The notes: generated by a model not told the origin, from the letters alone. A stretch of 64,000 bases of DNA from Thermoplasmata archaeon (GCA_021806165.1 JAJZXY010000003.1:18496-82495); one strand, 5' to 3'. Shown: positions 37,628-48,210, counted from the stretch's first letter. Program-made: numbers and translations.

Positions 37628-39310
37628 TCAAGGTGAAACATCGAAGAACAGTGAAGGCGTGTTCATCGTGTATGTACCGTCAGCCAAGGTGAGAGAGGTA
37701 TTAGTGGAAGATTCGAGTTCATGGACATAAAGCGTGTTGCCACTGCCGGTATATGCCATGTTGGTGAGCCCGAGGAGTGTCGTGCTGAGCCCTATGTTCG
37801 CGGAGAAGCAGATGGAGGTGAATGCCGTAAGTATCGCCAGGCTCAATCCTGCTGCAGCAAGGGCAACATTGACATCATTCACGGCGTCGGCAACTGTACC
37901 GACAACCGGGAGCGCACTGGCTGCAGTGGCTATCGCCATTGCCTGACCGACGACGCCGATGAATGTGCCGGCAGCGGTGACTGCCTGCGCTTCGGCGGAG
38001 GCAGCGTTTGTGTATGCGCTTACTGAATCAGTCATGTTGACTGAAGGGGGAGGAGCCTGGCTTGCAAGGACGGTATCGGTGCCGATTGGGAGGAAACCCA
38101 TCGAACCAAGCACATCTCCCCAGAACGGGGAGCTGCTTATCTGTGTCATGAACTCTACAGTCGCGTTATAGGTTGGGGAATCGACTACGGAGACTGAAGT
38201 GCTGTATGATGTCCCGGTCAGTTCACAGTATGTCCCTGCGCAACAGGTGACATAATAGAATTTCGTACGAACAACCTGTATCTTGGCGGGTATTCCAAGC
38301 ACTGAGACATTGTGACCTGTGGTGGGCACAGTGCTTGTCGACCCTCCAAATCCTGTCGTGTCACTTATGGCAGACTGCCACGAAGGACGTTCCGACATTG
38401 TGGGATAGCCCACAATTTCGGACTCAAGCTTGGCGCTGCCGCTGTTGCTGTTGAATGAAAGAGAAAGTTTTCCTCCGATCTGGTAGGTTGAAATTGTCAT
38501 TAGAGAATTCTCGCTGACGGTGGTGAGATTGTTCACCACGAGAGGGAGAACCGTATTGGAGATGTTTGTGTAAATGACACTTGAGGTATCCTTGCAGTTA
38601 TTGCAGTTTCCGCCAATCTGACCGTTGCCCGTTGCGGCGTAAGCAGCGGCGCTGCTGTTGAGCGGATATGCAAACAACGGTTGCCTGCCGAGGTCGAAGT
38701 ACAGCGGTATATTGAAACCGGAGAGCAGGTAAGCTACAGGATGCTGCAGTGAGGAGTTGAACGGATCGAACGGTATGTTGTTATAGAACTGGTAGACAAG
38801 CAGCTGGGAGGCGGAGACATACTGCAGGACTGCATACATTTCGAGTGACACTCCGGTGGTGACGGACATGTTGTTTGAAGACAGGACGCTTTCCCACTGG
38901 CTGACTATGCTGTAGAATTCATCGGAAAGGTAGCCTGTGAAGACGCCTGTCTGGTTGGAAGTGCCGTTGTAGAGCTGCACCTCGTACGGATTGTCAGTCT
39001 GGTTCGCTGTCGACAGATTGTGCCCGCCACCCTGGGCAAGGCTGTCCGGCATGGGCGAGTAAATGAACAGCTGTGCCCTCACATCGCTGAACTGCTGAGT
39101 GAGCTGAGTGAAATTGGCCATGGAAGGCTGCTGGCTGCCCGATGCGCCCACAAGGTCAATGCCTGCCAGCAGCTTCGGGCCCTCGGACTGCCACCGGCTG
39201 GGACTCCTTTTCGGGCTGCTGCTGTAAAGGAAGACATAGGCACCTGCAGCAATTACAGCAAGGGAAAGCAATGCAACCGCAGCCACTCTGATTCTGCTGT
39301 CCACCCACAA
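37628..39310 (-). CDS. secreted or membrane-anchored hypothetical protein, S/T/N-rich
   Basis: 560 aa; N-terminal hydrophobic anchor, many N-x-S/T sequons, Cys clusters, Ala-rich hydrophobic hairpin near the C-terminus. Confidence 0.8.
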   Translation of the reverse strand: MWVDSRIRVAAVALLSLAVIAAGAYVFLYSSSPKRSPSRWQSEGPKLLAGIDLVGASGSQQPSMANFTQLTQQFSDVRAQLFIYSPMPDSLAQGGGHNLSTANQTDNPYEVQLYNGTSNQTGVFTGYLSDEFYSIVSQWESVLSSNNMSVTTGVSLEMYAVLQYVSASQLLVYQFYNNIPFDPFNSSLQHPVAYLLSGFNIPLYFDLGRQPLFAYPLNSSAAAYAATGNGQIGGNCNNCKDTSSVIYTNISNTVLPLVVNNLTTVSENSLMTISTYQIGGKLSLSFNSNSGSAKLESEIVGYPTMSERPSWQSAISDTTGFGGSTSTVPTTGHNVSVLGIPAKIQVVRTKFYYVTCCAGTYCELTGTSYSTSVSVVDSPTYNATVEFMTQISSSPFWGDVLGSMGFLPIGTDTVLASQAPPPSVNMTDSVSAYTNAASAEAQAVTAAGTFIGVVGQAMAIATAASALPVVGTVADAVNDVNVALAAAGLSLAILTAFTSICFSANIGLSTTLLGLTNMAYTGSGNTLYVHELESSTNTSLTLADGTYTMNTPSLFFDVSP

Positions 39311-39529
39311 TTTCCTCCCGAGAAATTGGCTGGGTGGTTAGCGGATTCGTGGCTACTAATAGATTTGGGCCACTTCATGCAGGTCTGTTTCCAGCATGTT
39401 GCAGCCCTTCCGCTATTTCATGCTTCTATGCGGTGGCACACCTTTTTTTATCAAAAACAGGCAGGTTGCTGCCGCTGCCCGCAGACTAGCGGTTTCATAT
39501 ATTGGATCGGCAAATCTTCAAAAACTGTT

Positions 39530-40297
39530 ATGGTCGGCAGGGCCGTTGACTTTGATGCGCTGTCAGGAAACTACGACTCACTCCGCGGAAGATCGAAGGA
39601 GAGGCTGCTTCCATGGGTTGCCAGCGTAGCTGAGTATGCGGATATTCGATCCAGTGATAAGGTAATAGACATTGGATGCGGGACAGGCAGGTACACTGAG
39701 CTGTTCTCCGGTTTCTGCGGGACTGTTGTTGGCATCGACGCATCCCAGGGGATGATAAGGCAGGCTTCAAATTCCCGGCGGCAGGGAGTGGATTACCTCA
39801 TATCCGATGCGTTGTCAATGCCGTTCAGCCAATGTTCATTTGACTGCGCTGTGATGTTCATGGCAGTGCACCTTTTCACGCCGGAGCAGAGACGCCTCCT
39901 GTTCGAGTGTGTGTCCGGGATACTGAAGGGCGGCGGCAGATTTGTCATACTCACCGAGTCGCATGCCAGGATGAGGAGATCGCTCTGGAGGCATTTCCCG
40001 GGGCTGCTGGATATTGATCTGCACCGCTTCCCTGATCTGGCCACGCTTGCCGGGGAGCTCAAGGAGGCGGGATTCGTGACAGGGCGCAGGTTCGTAAGGA
40101 ATGACCTCGGGGAAGTACCGACGAAGAACTACCTTGCAAGGGTGGAGGGAAAAATGCTCTCGACGTTCTCGCTGATGACCGAAGAGGAGTTTCGCGAAGG
40201 GTTTGATGCATTTTCAGGCAGAATCTGTGAGCTGTATCCGGAAACAGTCCCGGATTACCAGGAATTCGTGCTCGTCAGGGGAACCAGAAAAGTCTGA
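39530..40297 (+). CDS. class I SAM-dependent methyltransferase
   Basis: VIDIGCGTG, GIDASQGM, DALSMPF, LKGGG. Confidence 0.88.
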   Translation: MVGRAVDFDALSGNYDSLRGRSKERLLPWVASVAEYADIRSSDKVIDIGCGTGRYTELFSGFCGTVVGIDASQGMIRQASNSRRQGVDYLISDALSMPFSQCSFDCAVMFMAVHLFTPEQRRLLFECVSGILKGGGRFVILTESHARMRRSLWRHFPGLLDIDLHRFPDLATLAGELKEAGFVTGRRFVRNDLGEVPTKNYLARVEGKMLSTFSLMTEEEFREGFDAFSGRICELYPETVPDYQEFVLVRGTRKV

Positions 40298-40331
40298 GTT
40301 CCGCACGGTAGGCGTCCGTGCGCCCCGCTCC

Positions 40332-42539
40332 CTACCTGTAATAGCCGAAGCCTGCGCTCTCGCCCTTCCTGACCAGTGCGGATTTCAGGTCCTGCCTGAA
40401 CCGCTCGTAGAAGCGGACTGTTTCCTCATTCGTGGAGGGGTAGACTGCTGTCAGCGCCTTTTCAAAGTCTGCCATGCTGACCTCGTTTGCTTCGGGGTTG
40501 TTCCGAAGAGCATTCAGGCCCGCCTCCTTGCAGAGTGCTTCGATGTCCGCTCCGACGTAACCATCCGTCCTTTCTGCAATGTCATCTATGTCGACGTTCT
40601 TGAGTGGCATTCTGCCGGTGTGTACCTTGAGTATCTCAAGCCTTGTCTCCCTGTCAGGTACCGGGACAAGGACGATCTTGTCGAACCTTCCAGGGCGCAG
40701 CAGCGCCTTGTCGACTATATCCGGCCTGTTTGTTGCGGCAATCACTGTGACAGAACCTAGCGCCTCGAGTCCGTCAAGTGAGGTCAGTATCTGGTCCACG
40801 ACCCTCTCGCTTGCACCCGAGTCATACCCCAGGCCCCTCTGGGGTGCTATGGCATCCAGTTCATCCAGGAAGACAATGCTCGGAGCAACCTGTTTTGCCT
40901 TCTTGAAAATGAGTCTTATGGCCCTCTCGCTTTCGCCAACCCATTTGCTCATGATCTCCGGGCCCTTGATTGCGATAAAGTTAGCCTTCGACTCGTTGGC
41001 GAGCGCTTTGGCCAGGAGCGTCTTCCCCGTGCCCGGGGGTCCGTAAAGAAGTATACCGCGGGGAGGCTCTATGCCCAGCCTCTTCAGTGAATCAGGGTCG
41101 CGCAGCGGAAGTTCTACAGCCTCAAACAGCTGCCTCTTGACAGGTTCGAGTCCGCCGACTTCTCCCCATGTTACGTTGGGGACCTCGACCTGCACCTCCC
41201 GCATCGCACTGGGCTCAATCTCCTTGAGTGCATTGACGAAATCGGCCTCGGTGACCTTCATCCTCTCGAGCATGTCAGCCGGTATTGGTTTATCCAAATC
41301 AATTTCAGGTATGTATCTGACCAGCGTTTTCATGGCAGCCTCTCTTGCAAGTGATGCCAGATCCGCACCAACAAAGCCGTAGGTGTATTCCACGAAACGA
41401 TCCAGGTTGAATCCTTCCTCAAGAGGCATTCTCCTGGTATGAATGAGAAGTATCTCCTTCCTCCCCACCCTAGTGGGCACCCCTATCTCTATTTCACGGT
41501 CGAACCTGCCCGGCCTCCTGAGGGCGGGGTCTATGGCGTCCTCCCTGTTGGTGGCGCCTATGACGATTACATGCCCTCTCTTGCTCAATCCGTCCATAAG
41601 TGTCAGAAGCTGGGCAACAACCCTCCTCTCAACCTCACCCTGCACATCCTCCCTTTTCGGCGCTATGGAGTCGAGTTCGTCTATGAATATTATAGAAGGG
41701 GCGTTCTTTTCGGCATCCTCGAACTTCTCCCTGAGCTTCTCCTCGCTCTGGCCGTAGTACTTGCTCATGATCTCCGGGCCCTGGATCGAGTAGAAGCTTG
41801 CGCCTGCCTCATTCGCCACGGCCCTTGCAATCAACGTCTTCCCCGTGCCCGGCGGACCGTAGAGGAGGACGCCCTTCGGGGGATCGATACCCAGCCTTTC
41901 AAAAAGTTCAGGGTGCTTGAGAGGCAGCTCGATCATCTCCCTGACCCTCTGGAGTTCATTTTCGAGCCCGCCTATGTCATCATATGTTATTGTGGAGGCC
42001 GTGACATCTACAACCTCGACAGCCTCGGTCTTGACAATCAGGTCCGAAGACTCGGCCACGAGAACAACACCGGACGGTGATGTGGAAATAACCACAAAAG
42101 GAAGAAAATCCCCTATGAGCGCTATATTGGGAATGATTATCTCATCCCCCTTTACCAGTGGCCTGTTCATCAGCCCCTTCTTGAAAAGATCCTCGACCCC
42201 CTGGCCAAATTTCACCTTCTTGCCCTGGGGTATCTTGGGTGCAACAACTATCTTCCCGGCCTTCTGTGCGTCCGACTTCTTTGCAACAACCTTCTCTCCG
42301 ATGCTGACACCTGCGTTGCCCCTGATCATCCCGTCAATGCGGATTATCCCCTTGTTTTCATCTTCATGGGAGGCGCGGAAAACCTTGGCAGCTGTCCTGC
42401 GCTTTCCAATGATCTCGATGATATCGCCGACTTCCACACCCAGATCCTTTCTCGTGGCGGTATCAATCCTTGCCCTGCCAAGCCCCACTTCAGACTGGTG
42501 GTGGGCCCTGGCAACTTTGAGGGAAACGCCGTCGGTCAT
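40332..42539 (-). CDS. cdc48: CDC48/VAT AAA+ ATPase
   Basis: N-domain plus two AAA modules (GPPGTGKT twice, DELD twice, RPGRFD twice), C-terminal GYYR HbYX-like tail. Confidence 0.96.
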   Translation of the reverse strand: MTDGVSLKVARAHHQSEVGLGRARIDTATRKDLGVEVGDIIEIIGKRRTAAKVFRASHEDENKGIIRIDGMIRGNAGVSIGEKVVAKKSDAQKAGKIVVAPKIPQGKKVKFGQGVEDLFKKGLMNRPLVKGDEIIIPNIALIGDFLPFVVISTSPSGVVLVAESSDLIVKTEAVEVVDVTASTITYDDIGGLENELQRVREMIELPLKHPELFERLGIDPPKGVLLYGPPGTGKTLIARAVANEAGASFYSIQGPEIMSKYYGQSEEKLREKFEDAEKNAPSIIFIDELDSIAPKREDVQGEVERRVVAQLLTLMDGLSKRGHVIVIGATNREDAIDPALRRPGRFDREIEIGVPTRVGRKEILLIHTRRMPLEEGFNLDRFVEYTYGFVGADLASLAREAAMKTLVRYIPEIDLDKPIPADMLERMKVTEADFVNALKEIEPSAMREVQVEVPNVTWGEVGGLEPVKRQLFEAVELPLRDPDSLKRLGIEPPRGILLYGPPGTGKTLLAKALANESKANFIAIKGPEIMSKWVGESERAIRLIFKKAKQVAPSIVFLDELDAIAPQRGLGYDSGASERVVDQILTSLDGLEALGSVTVIAATNRPDIVDKALLRPGRFDKIVLVPVPDRETRLEILKVHTGRMPLKNVDIDDIAERTDGYVGADIEALCKEAGLNALRNNPEANEVSMADFEKALTAVYPSTNEETVRFYERFRQDLKSALVRKGESAGFGYYR

Positions 42540-42946
42540 TGCATCTTATTTGTACATTAAATTAGTATTAGAAACTATGTTCGAGCCTCCACGCGACCGC
42601 CATTCAAGCCCCGTGATCCAACAAATGGGGATTTACCCCGGTGGCAGCTTCAGGAAGCGCAGCTGCAGGACGAAAGTATGCAATCGGCAATATGGCCGTT
42701 GAGGCACGCCCGATAATTATTTTTCCTAAGATGCTGGCGATATGCTTAACATAGGATATGTGATTATAAATAATATTTAATGGATTTAAACCTGACATAA
42801 AATCCATATGCTACATCTCTTCAGCGTCATACAAATCCAAGCTTATGTCATGCATTCGTCAGACATTTTTTATACTTGAATTGCGTTTCCTCATCTGGAA
42901 ATGGGAATCATTCGATTTCCGTATTGACCCTTGCGGGTCAGAGAGG

Positions 42947-43426
42947 ATGGGAAAAATGTTCGGTAGACTAAGAAGTGTGTTTGGAAGGAGAAAGAGCCAC
43001 GCAGCGGTTGCTGCGACCACGGCTACAGTTTCAGAGCCGTACGCAGGAACTCGGCCGCAGGGGCTTACCGCAGAGGATGAAATAGTGAGCGCACTCGCAA
43101 GCGCATCGCAGCTGCCTTCGGAAACAATAGACCAGGAGACAAGCGATGCAATACAGAGGATTGCCACTCTCCTTGCCGAGGAACCGCCCAAGCTCAAGAG
43201 GGGCAACCCTGGCGGACAGGAGTTCACCGTGAAGCTGACGTACAACCAGAAGGAATGGATCAACGGCGCCTACGAGGACTATGTCAACACCTACTCGCTT
43301 GCACCGTTCCAGAGGGTCATGCAGGTCTTTGTCGAGAAGTACATCAGCTCCGTTGAGGAGAGGGTTAACCAGCCTGCTGTTGAAATAACGCAGACGGAGT
43401 TCGACACAACAGCCTCGGAAGCATAA
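42947..43426 (+). CDS. hypothetical protein
   Basis: 159-aa ORF after RBS GAGAGG, typical codon usage. Confidence 0.7.
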   Translation: MGKMFGRLRSVFGRRKSHAAVAATTATVSEPYAGTRPQGLTAEDEIVSALASASQLPSETIDQETSDAIQRIATLLAEEPPKLKRGNPGGQEFTVKLTYNQKEWINGAYEDYVNTYSLAPFQRVMQVFVEKYISSVEERVNQPAVEITQTEFDTTASEA

Positions 43427-43533
43427 ACGATAAAAGCAGCGGGATGCCGCACCTGGATGGGGCGGCGCCCGCGGCCCAGAAATCACTTAAACCATACATT
43501 TTGAGGAAAATGCTGCCTGCCCTGACAGGCGAG

Positions 43534-43791
43534 TCAGTGCTTTGCGCCTTTAGGCACCGCACCGGCCACTGACTTGTCCTTCTTGCGGGGCCTGCTGCAT
43601 ATTGCATATTCATCCCCGTCAAAGAAAACATCAAGGTCAGGATGGGAGGACTGTATCTCCTTTATCTTCTTCAGGACATCCTTCAACGTGAGCCTGCTGT
43701 TCTTGTCAATCTTGATGTGGACCTGTTTTTCACCTTTTGGCACGGATGCATCAACACTCGCAGTCGGTTTGCTGTCTAATCGCTGTGTCAA
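43534..43791 (-). CDS. small hypothetical protein (TTG start inferred)
   Basis: HIKIDKNSRLTLKDVLKKIKEIQSSHPDLDVFFDGDEYAICS; upstream part of the ORF is a shadow of gmhA. Confidence 0.65.
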   Translation of the reverse strand: MTQRLDSKPTASVDASVPKGEKQVHIKIDKNSRLTLKDVLKKIKEIQSSHPDLDVFFDGDEYAICSRPRKKDKSVAGAVPKGAKH

Positions 43792-43838
43792 GATATTATT
43801 CTTTTGTTTCAGGGAACTGCCCCCAGTCCAAGTGCTGA

Positions 43839-44414
43839 TCAGGAGAAGAGACCTGACTCGACAATGCCAGACAGTATGTGCCCAACGAGTATGTGGCATT
43901 CCTGGATTCTCTGCGTGCTTCCTGACGGCACCCTTATCTGCACATCTGCCAGCCCTCCGGGAAAACCGTTCTGGCCTGTGAGCCCTATAGTGCACATTCC
44001 CATCTGCCTTGCCCTTTCTAGCGCCCTTATGACATTGACAGACTTTCCACTTGTGGAAATGCCCACCGCCACATCCCCAGCGGTGCACTGCGCTTCGAGC
44101 TGCCTGGCAAAGACGTCGTCGTACGAGTAGTCGTTGGCAACTGCCGTCAGAATCGATGTGTTTACGGTAAGTGCAAGTGCCGGCAACGCCTTCCGCTGGA
44201 GCTGAAACCTGCCTACAAGCTCCGCTGCAATGTGCTGCGCATCGGCCGCGCTGCCCCCATTGCCGAAAATCACCATCTTGTGACCATTCCTGTAGGCGTC
44301 GAGCAGCAGCTTCCCTGACGCCTCGATTGCTGGGACAAGACCGCTGAGGTTGCCATGAACAGTCGCCGCCTCCGCTATTTCCGAAACGATATAATCAGAC
44401 GTTCCGCCGCCCAT
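43839..44414 (-). CDS. gmhA: D-sedoheptulose 7-phosphate isomerase
   Basis: GNGGSAADAQHIAAELVGRF, ANDYSY, ISTSGKS, RIQECHI. Confidence 0.93.
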   Translation of the reverse strand: MGGGTSDYIVSEIAEAATVHGNLSGLVPAIEASGKLLLDAYRNGHKMVIFGNGGSAADAQHIAAELVGRFQLQRKALPALALTVNTSILTAVANDYSYDDVFARQLEAQCTAGDVAVGISTSGKSVNVIRALERARQMGMCTIGLTGQNGFPGGLADVQIRVPSGSTQRIQECHILVGHILSGIVESGLFS

Positions 44415-44582
44415 CTCTGCACATCCAGTATGGGAGGGGGTAGGACATTGGAAATATAAATCCAGCATGCCGGAGGGGGGCCTGCGAGGCCTGCGGAAGC
44501 GGAGAACTTAGATATTATAATTCATAGAAAATATAACGAAAAATTTATTAGGTCAACACATTTCTCCACTCAGTTCAAGCAG

Positions 44583-45827
44583 GTGCTCAACACGTCAACA
44601 ACAATTATCTTCGGGGCGGACGGGTACATAGGATGGCCGCTGGCACTCCACCTTGGGTCACGGGACAACGACAAGATCGTCCTTGTGGACAACCTGTCCA
44701 CGCGAAAACTTGTCAAATCGGTGAAGTCCGATACACTCATACCGATTAAGTCCATGAAGGAGAGGCTGAGCGAATACTCACGCCAGACAGGCAAGAAGAA
44801 TCTCACCTATGTTGAAGCCGACGCCCAGGATCCCAAGACAGTCGACAGGATCATAGCCAAATACAAGCCGGATGACATTGTGCATCTGGCCCAGCAGAGA
44901 TCTGCCCCCTTCAGCATGGTAGACCAGGAGCACATACTCTACACCGAGCTCAACAATGTTGCAACGAACCTGAACATACTTTTCTCCATGATAAGGCACG
45001 TCCCAAAAGCCCACCTCCTGAAGATGGGCAGCATGGGGGAATACGGAACACCGGGTGTTGAGATAACCGAGGGGGACCTGGAGATAACCAGGAAGGGTAA
45101 AAAGGCGAAGGTCATGTTCCCCAGGATGGGTGGCAGCTGGTACCACCTGAGCAAGATTTTCGATACATATAACGTCGCCGTGGCCAACAGGTTCTACAAC
45201 ATATCGGCAACAGACATCATGCAGGGCGTTGTCTACGGCAACAGGGTAGATGAAATCACCAACGATGCACTTGCAACCAGGTTCGACTTTGACTCTATCT
45301 GGGGCACGGTAATCAACAAGTATGTTGTCCAGGCAGTCCTGCTCAACAAGCTGCTGATTTACGGCAAGGGAAAACAGACCAGGGGTTTCCTCTCCCTCTA
45401 TGACAGCATAAACTGCCTTACACTTCTGCGCGACAACCCGGCCGATGCTGGTCAGTACAGGGTTGTCAACCAGATAGACGAGATATACGACACGCTGCAG
45501 CTCGCGGAGAAGGTCAGGAAGATAGCCGTAGAGTACGGCATAGAGGCAGACATGGAGAATGTTGAAAATCCCAGGGTAGAGAGCGAGCAGCACGACTACC
45601 AGGTCGAGCACAAGATACTGCCTTCGCTGGGATTCAGGAAGGAGAAGTCTATGGAGACGGTGCTCAGGGAGATATTCGAGGACGTCCTCAAGAACAAGAA
45701 GAGGGCGGTAGCCATGAAGAAGCTGATTTACCCTACCGTCTACTGGAGAACCGCGACATCCATGCAGGTCAAGGACTTCGCGATGCCCAGAGATCTTATG
45801 AACACCGTCAAGGAGAGGAAGAAATAG
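44583..45827 (+). CDS. UDP-sulfoquinovose synthase (SqdB/Agl3 family)
   Basis: GADGYIGWPLA, QQRSAPFSM, GSMGEYGTP, GSWYHLSK, MQGVVYG, TRFDFD, YGKGKQTRGF. Confidence 0.9.
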   Translation: MLNTSTTIIFGADGYIGWPLALHLGSRDNDKIVLVDNLSTRKLVKSVKSDTLIPIKSMKERLSEYSRQTGKKNLTYVEADAQDPKTVDRIIAKYKPDDIVHLAQQRSAPFSMVDQEHILYTELNNVATNLNILFSMIRHVPKAHLLKMGSMGEYGTPGVEITEGDLEITRKGKKAKVMFPRMGGSWYHLSKIFDTYNVAVANRFYNISATDIMQGVVYGNRVDEITNDALATRFDFDSIWGTVINKYVVQAVLLNKLLIYGKGKQTRGFLSLYDSINCLTLLRDNPADAGQYRVVNQIDEIYDTLQLAEKVRKIAVEYGIEADMENVENPRVESEQHDYQVEHKILPSLGFRKEKSMETVLREIFEDVLKNKKRAVAMKKLIYPTVYWRTATSMQVKDFAMPRDLMNTVKERKK

Positions 45828-45893
45828 GCGCCCCTTTATCCCTTTACGGCGCTTGAAATTCTTTCAGCAACGGTTAAATACACTCTTCCGCGG

Positions 45894-47540
45894 TTGAATC
45901 AGAGTGGTTGTCAGTTGACGGAAGAACGACAGGATCTGCAGGAGGGAGTATGCTCCATATGCAATGGAGCGCTAGATGCCCAGGGCGTCTGCCTGCTTTG
46001 CGGCCACGACAATGGCATTCGGTTAAACTCAAACGGGGTCATTCCAGACAGCGGGGACGGCTTTGACGCCGATTCGCCCGAGGAGAAGGACATACAGTCG
46101 ATAGTGGAATGGCTTTCAGGAAGCGGTGACAATGATCTTATGTTCCTCGGGGAGGAGGAGGGGCAGAGCCTGCATGAAGAGGAGCCGAAACATGCTGAAG
46201 CAGATGGCGCAGAAGTCAGCAAGACAGTGGTGATGGACGGCGGCGGAAGGATGGCGTCGGAGGTGGCTGACCTGAAGATCAGGCTGATGGAAGCCAACAG
46301 CACAATCGAGAAGATGAAGGTCGAGCTGAAGGCAATGGAAACTGTGGCCGCAGTAACTGCGCCCTCTGATATTGCGGAGAAGCTCTCTGCGGCGGTCAAG
46401 TCGAAGCTCGAGCTGGAAACGCTGCTGAAGAACAGGGAGGCGCAGCTCGAGGAGATAAGGAGCGAGCTGAGGGTGAGGGATGACAATTTCAAGGAAGTCA
46501 TGGAGAAGATGAAGTTCAAGGATGATGAGTTCAACAAGCGCGAAATCGACCTGCAGCACAGGGAGGAGCTGATGAAGGAGGAGCTCAGGAAGCTGGAGAT
46601 GGACAAGGCACAGATGGAGTCGATGAAAGAGGTTGAGCTCAAGAAGTCGCTGGAAGACCTCCGTGAACAGATCAAGGTGAAGGAGGAGAAGGTGAAATCA
46701 CTGGAGAAGTACCTGTCCCAGAAAGAGGAAGAGCTGGAAAGGAGGGAAAAGGCACTTATCGGAAAGGAAGTCGAGGCGATGGAGGAGCTCACAATTGCAG
46801 AACTGAAGCAGGAGAAGGTGAAATCCGGGACGCCAAGGCTGGACGACCTTCTCTTCGGCGGAATACCCGCCGGAGCACAGGTAGCGATTTACGGTCCGCC
46901 GTTCATCGGTAAGGAGGTCGCCCTGAACGCCTTCGCGGCGGAGGGGCTGAGGAAGGGTATACCGGTTATCTGGGTAACCACCGACCACACCATCCGCGAA
47001 ATCAGGGATGAAATGTCGTATGTGCTCAACAGCTTCGAGGAATACGAGAAGCTGGGTCTCATCTACTACATAGACGCCTACTCCAGGAGCATAGGGGACA
47101 ATTCCACGGTTGACAATGCTGCCTACATAGAGGATTTCACCGACATAGAGCAAATCGATTCACTGGTGGAGCAGAGGCTGAACAGCATAAGGGACATAGT
47201 GGAGAAGAAGAGCTACAGGGTCATTTTCAAATCAATTTCAAGCCTTACGGCAGTATACGAGTCGAAGAGCATATTCAGGCTGCTCAGGCCATTCGTCGCG
47301 CGCAGAAAAAGGGACAAGTGCACCGCCATGTACTGCGTGGAAAAGGGGATAGTCAGCGAGCAGGATGTTCAGATCATAGGGTCGATAATGGACGGCATTG
47401 TGGAATTCGAAACCGACGGGCAGAGCAACTTCCTGGTCATCAGGGGCATCTGCGAAACCCAGACCAGGGACAGGGTGAAATACACGGCAAGCAAGAGCGC
47501 CCTGTCAATCGGCTCCTTCAGCCTTGGGCACATAAAGTAG
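45894..47540 (+). CDS. Zn-ribbon + coiled-coil + KaiC/RAD55-like domain protein
   Basis: CSIC..CLLC, long E/K coiled coil, SGTPRLDDLLFGGIP, degenerate Walker A GPPFIGKE, MDGIVEF. Confidence 0.85.
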   Translation: MNQSGCQLTEERQDLQEGVCSICNGALDAQGVCLLCGHDNGIRLNSNGVIPDSGDGFDADSPEEKDIQSIVEWLSGSGDNDLMFLGEEEGQSLHEEEPKHAEADGAEVSKTVVMDGGGRMASEVADLKIRLMEANSTIEKMKVELKAMETVAAVTAPSDIAEKLSAAVKSKLELETLLKNREAQLEEIRSELRVRDDNFKEVMEKMKFKDDEFNKREIDLQHREELMKEELRKLEMDKAQMESMKEVELKKSLEDLREQIKVKEEKVKSLEKYLSQKEEELERREKALIGKEVEAMEELTIAELKQEKVKSGTPRLDDLLFGGIPAGAQVAIYGPPFIGKEVALNAFAAEGLRKGIPVIWVTTDHTIREIRDEMSYVLNSFEEYEKLGLIYYIDAYSRSIGDNSTVDNAAYIEDFTDIEQIDSLVEQRLNSIRDIVEKKSYRVIFKSISSLTAVYESKSIFRLLRPFVARRKRDKCTAMYCVEKGIVSEQDVQIIGSIMDGIVEFETDGQSNFLVIRGICETQTRDRVKYTASKSALSIGSFSLGHIK

Positions 47541-47984
47541 TCAGGCCACTTCCATTCCCTTCGGGGACAGGTTCTTGCCAGGCTGCTGCTGGGAGGCATC
47601 AACCTGGGGAAGCGGAACAGGTGGGGGCAGCTGTATGTCCCGTGTGAGTATTGTGGCCGTGATTATGCAGTTTGAAATGACTGCGTTGTGGACAAGGTTC
47701 GCGAAGTCTGGCGGCATATTGTTCGTGCTGCTCCACTCCTTTGCCAGCGAGTCGGGATTCCTTGTGTCATCAGACACCACGATCCTGCCATCCATCCTGA
47801 CAAAACCAATGCCCGAATAGTTCGCAGTGAACCTGAACTCTATGGCAAGGTCGGTCTGGTTGAGAGGTGTCACGCCGGTGACCGTGTTGTTGTGGTCGAT
47901 TCTGACGTTCATCAGCTTCTCCCCCACTTTGGAGAATCTCTTGGCCTCGATTGAGTTCAGTTCCCATCCTTTGATAGCCATCAT
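47541..47984 (-). CDS. hypothetical protein, possibly SecB-like fold
   Basis: Four predicted beta strands, then helices and a C-terminal TRDIQLPPPVPLP motif. Confidence 0.65.
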   Translation of the reverse strand: MMAIKGWELNSIEAKRFSKVGEKLMNVRIDHNNTVTGVTPLNQTDLAIEFRFTANYSGIGFVRMDGRIVVSDDTRNPDSLAKEWSSTNNMPPDFANLVHNAVISNCIITATILTRDIQLPPPVPLPQVDASQQQPGKNLSPKGMEVA

Positions 47985-48210
47985 TGGAACAAACCGGGAA
48001 GGATCAGAGAGGACACCTATTAAGACATTAGCTGTCCTTTTGCCGTAGAATTGTGGCTGGCCGCATACCATAATAAAAAATGGCACGTCAGATTACCGGC
48101 CGGATCCGCAAGCGATGTTTTAAATACAGACTTGAATAGTCGGAGTCAAGTCCGAATGCCGCTGGAAGTCAGTGGCGTAAGGGCTTACAGACAAACAAGG
48201 AAGAATAGAG

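Noticed and set aside
46260-46800. Repetitive GAG/AAG-rich DNA as a tandem repeat or CRISPR array
   Set aside because: Coiled-coil coding bias; no repeat-spacer periodicity seen here or elsewhere in the window
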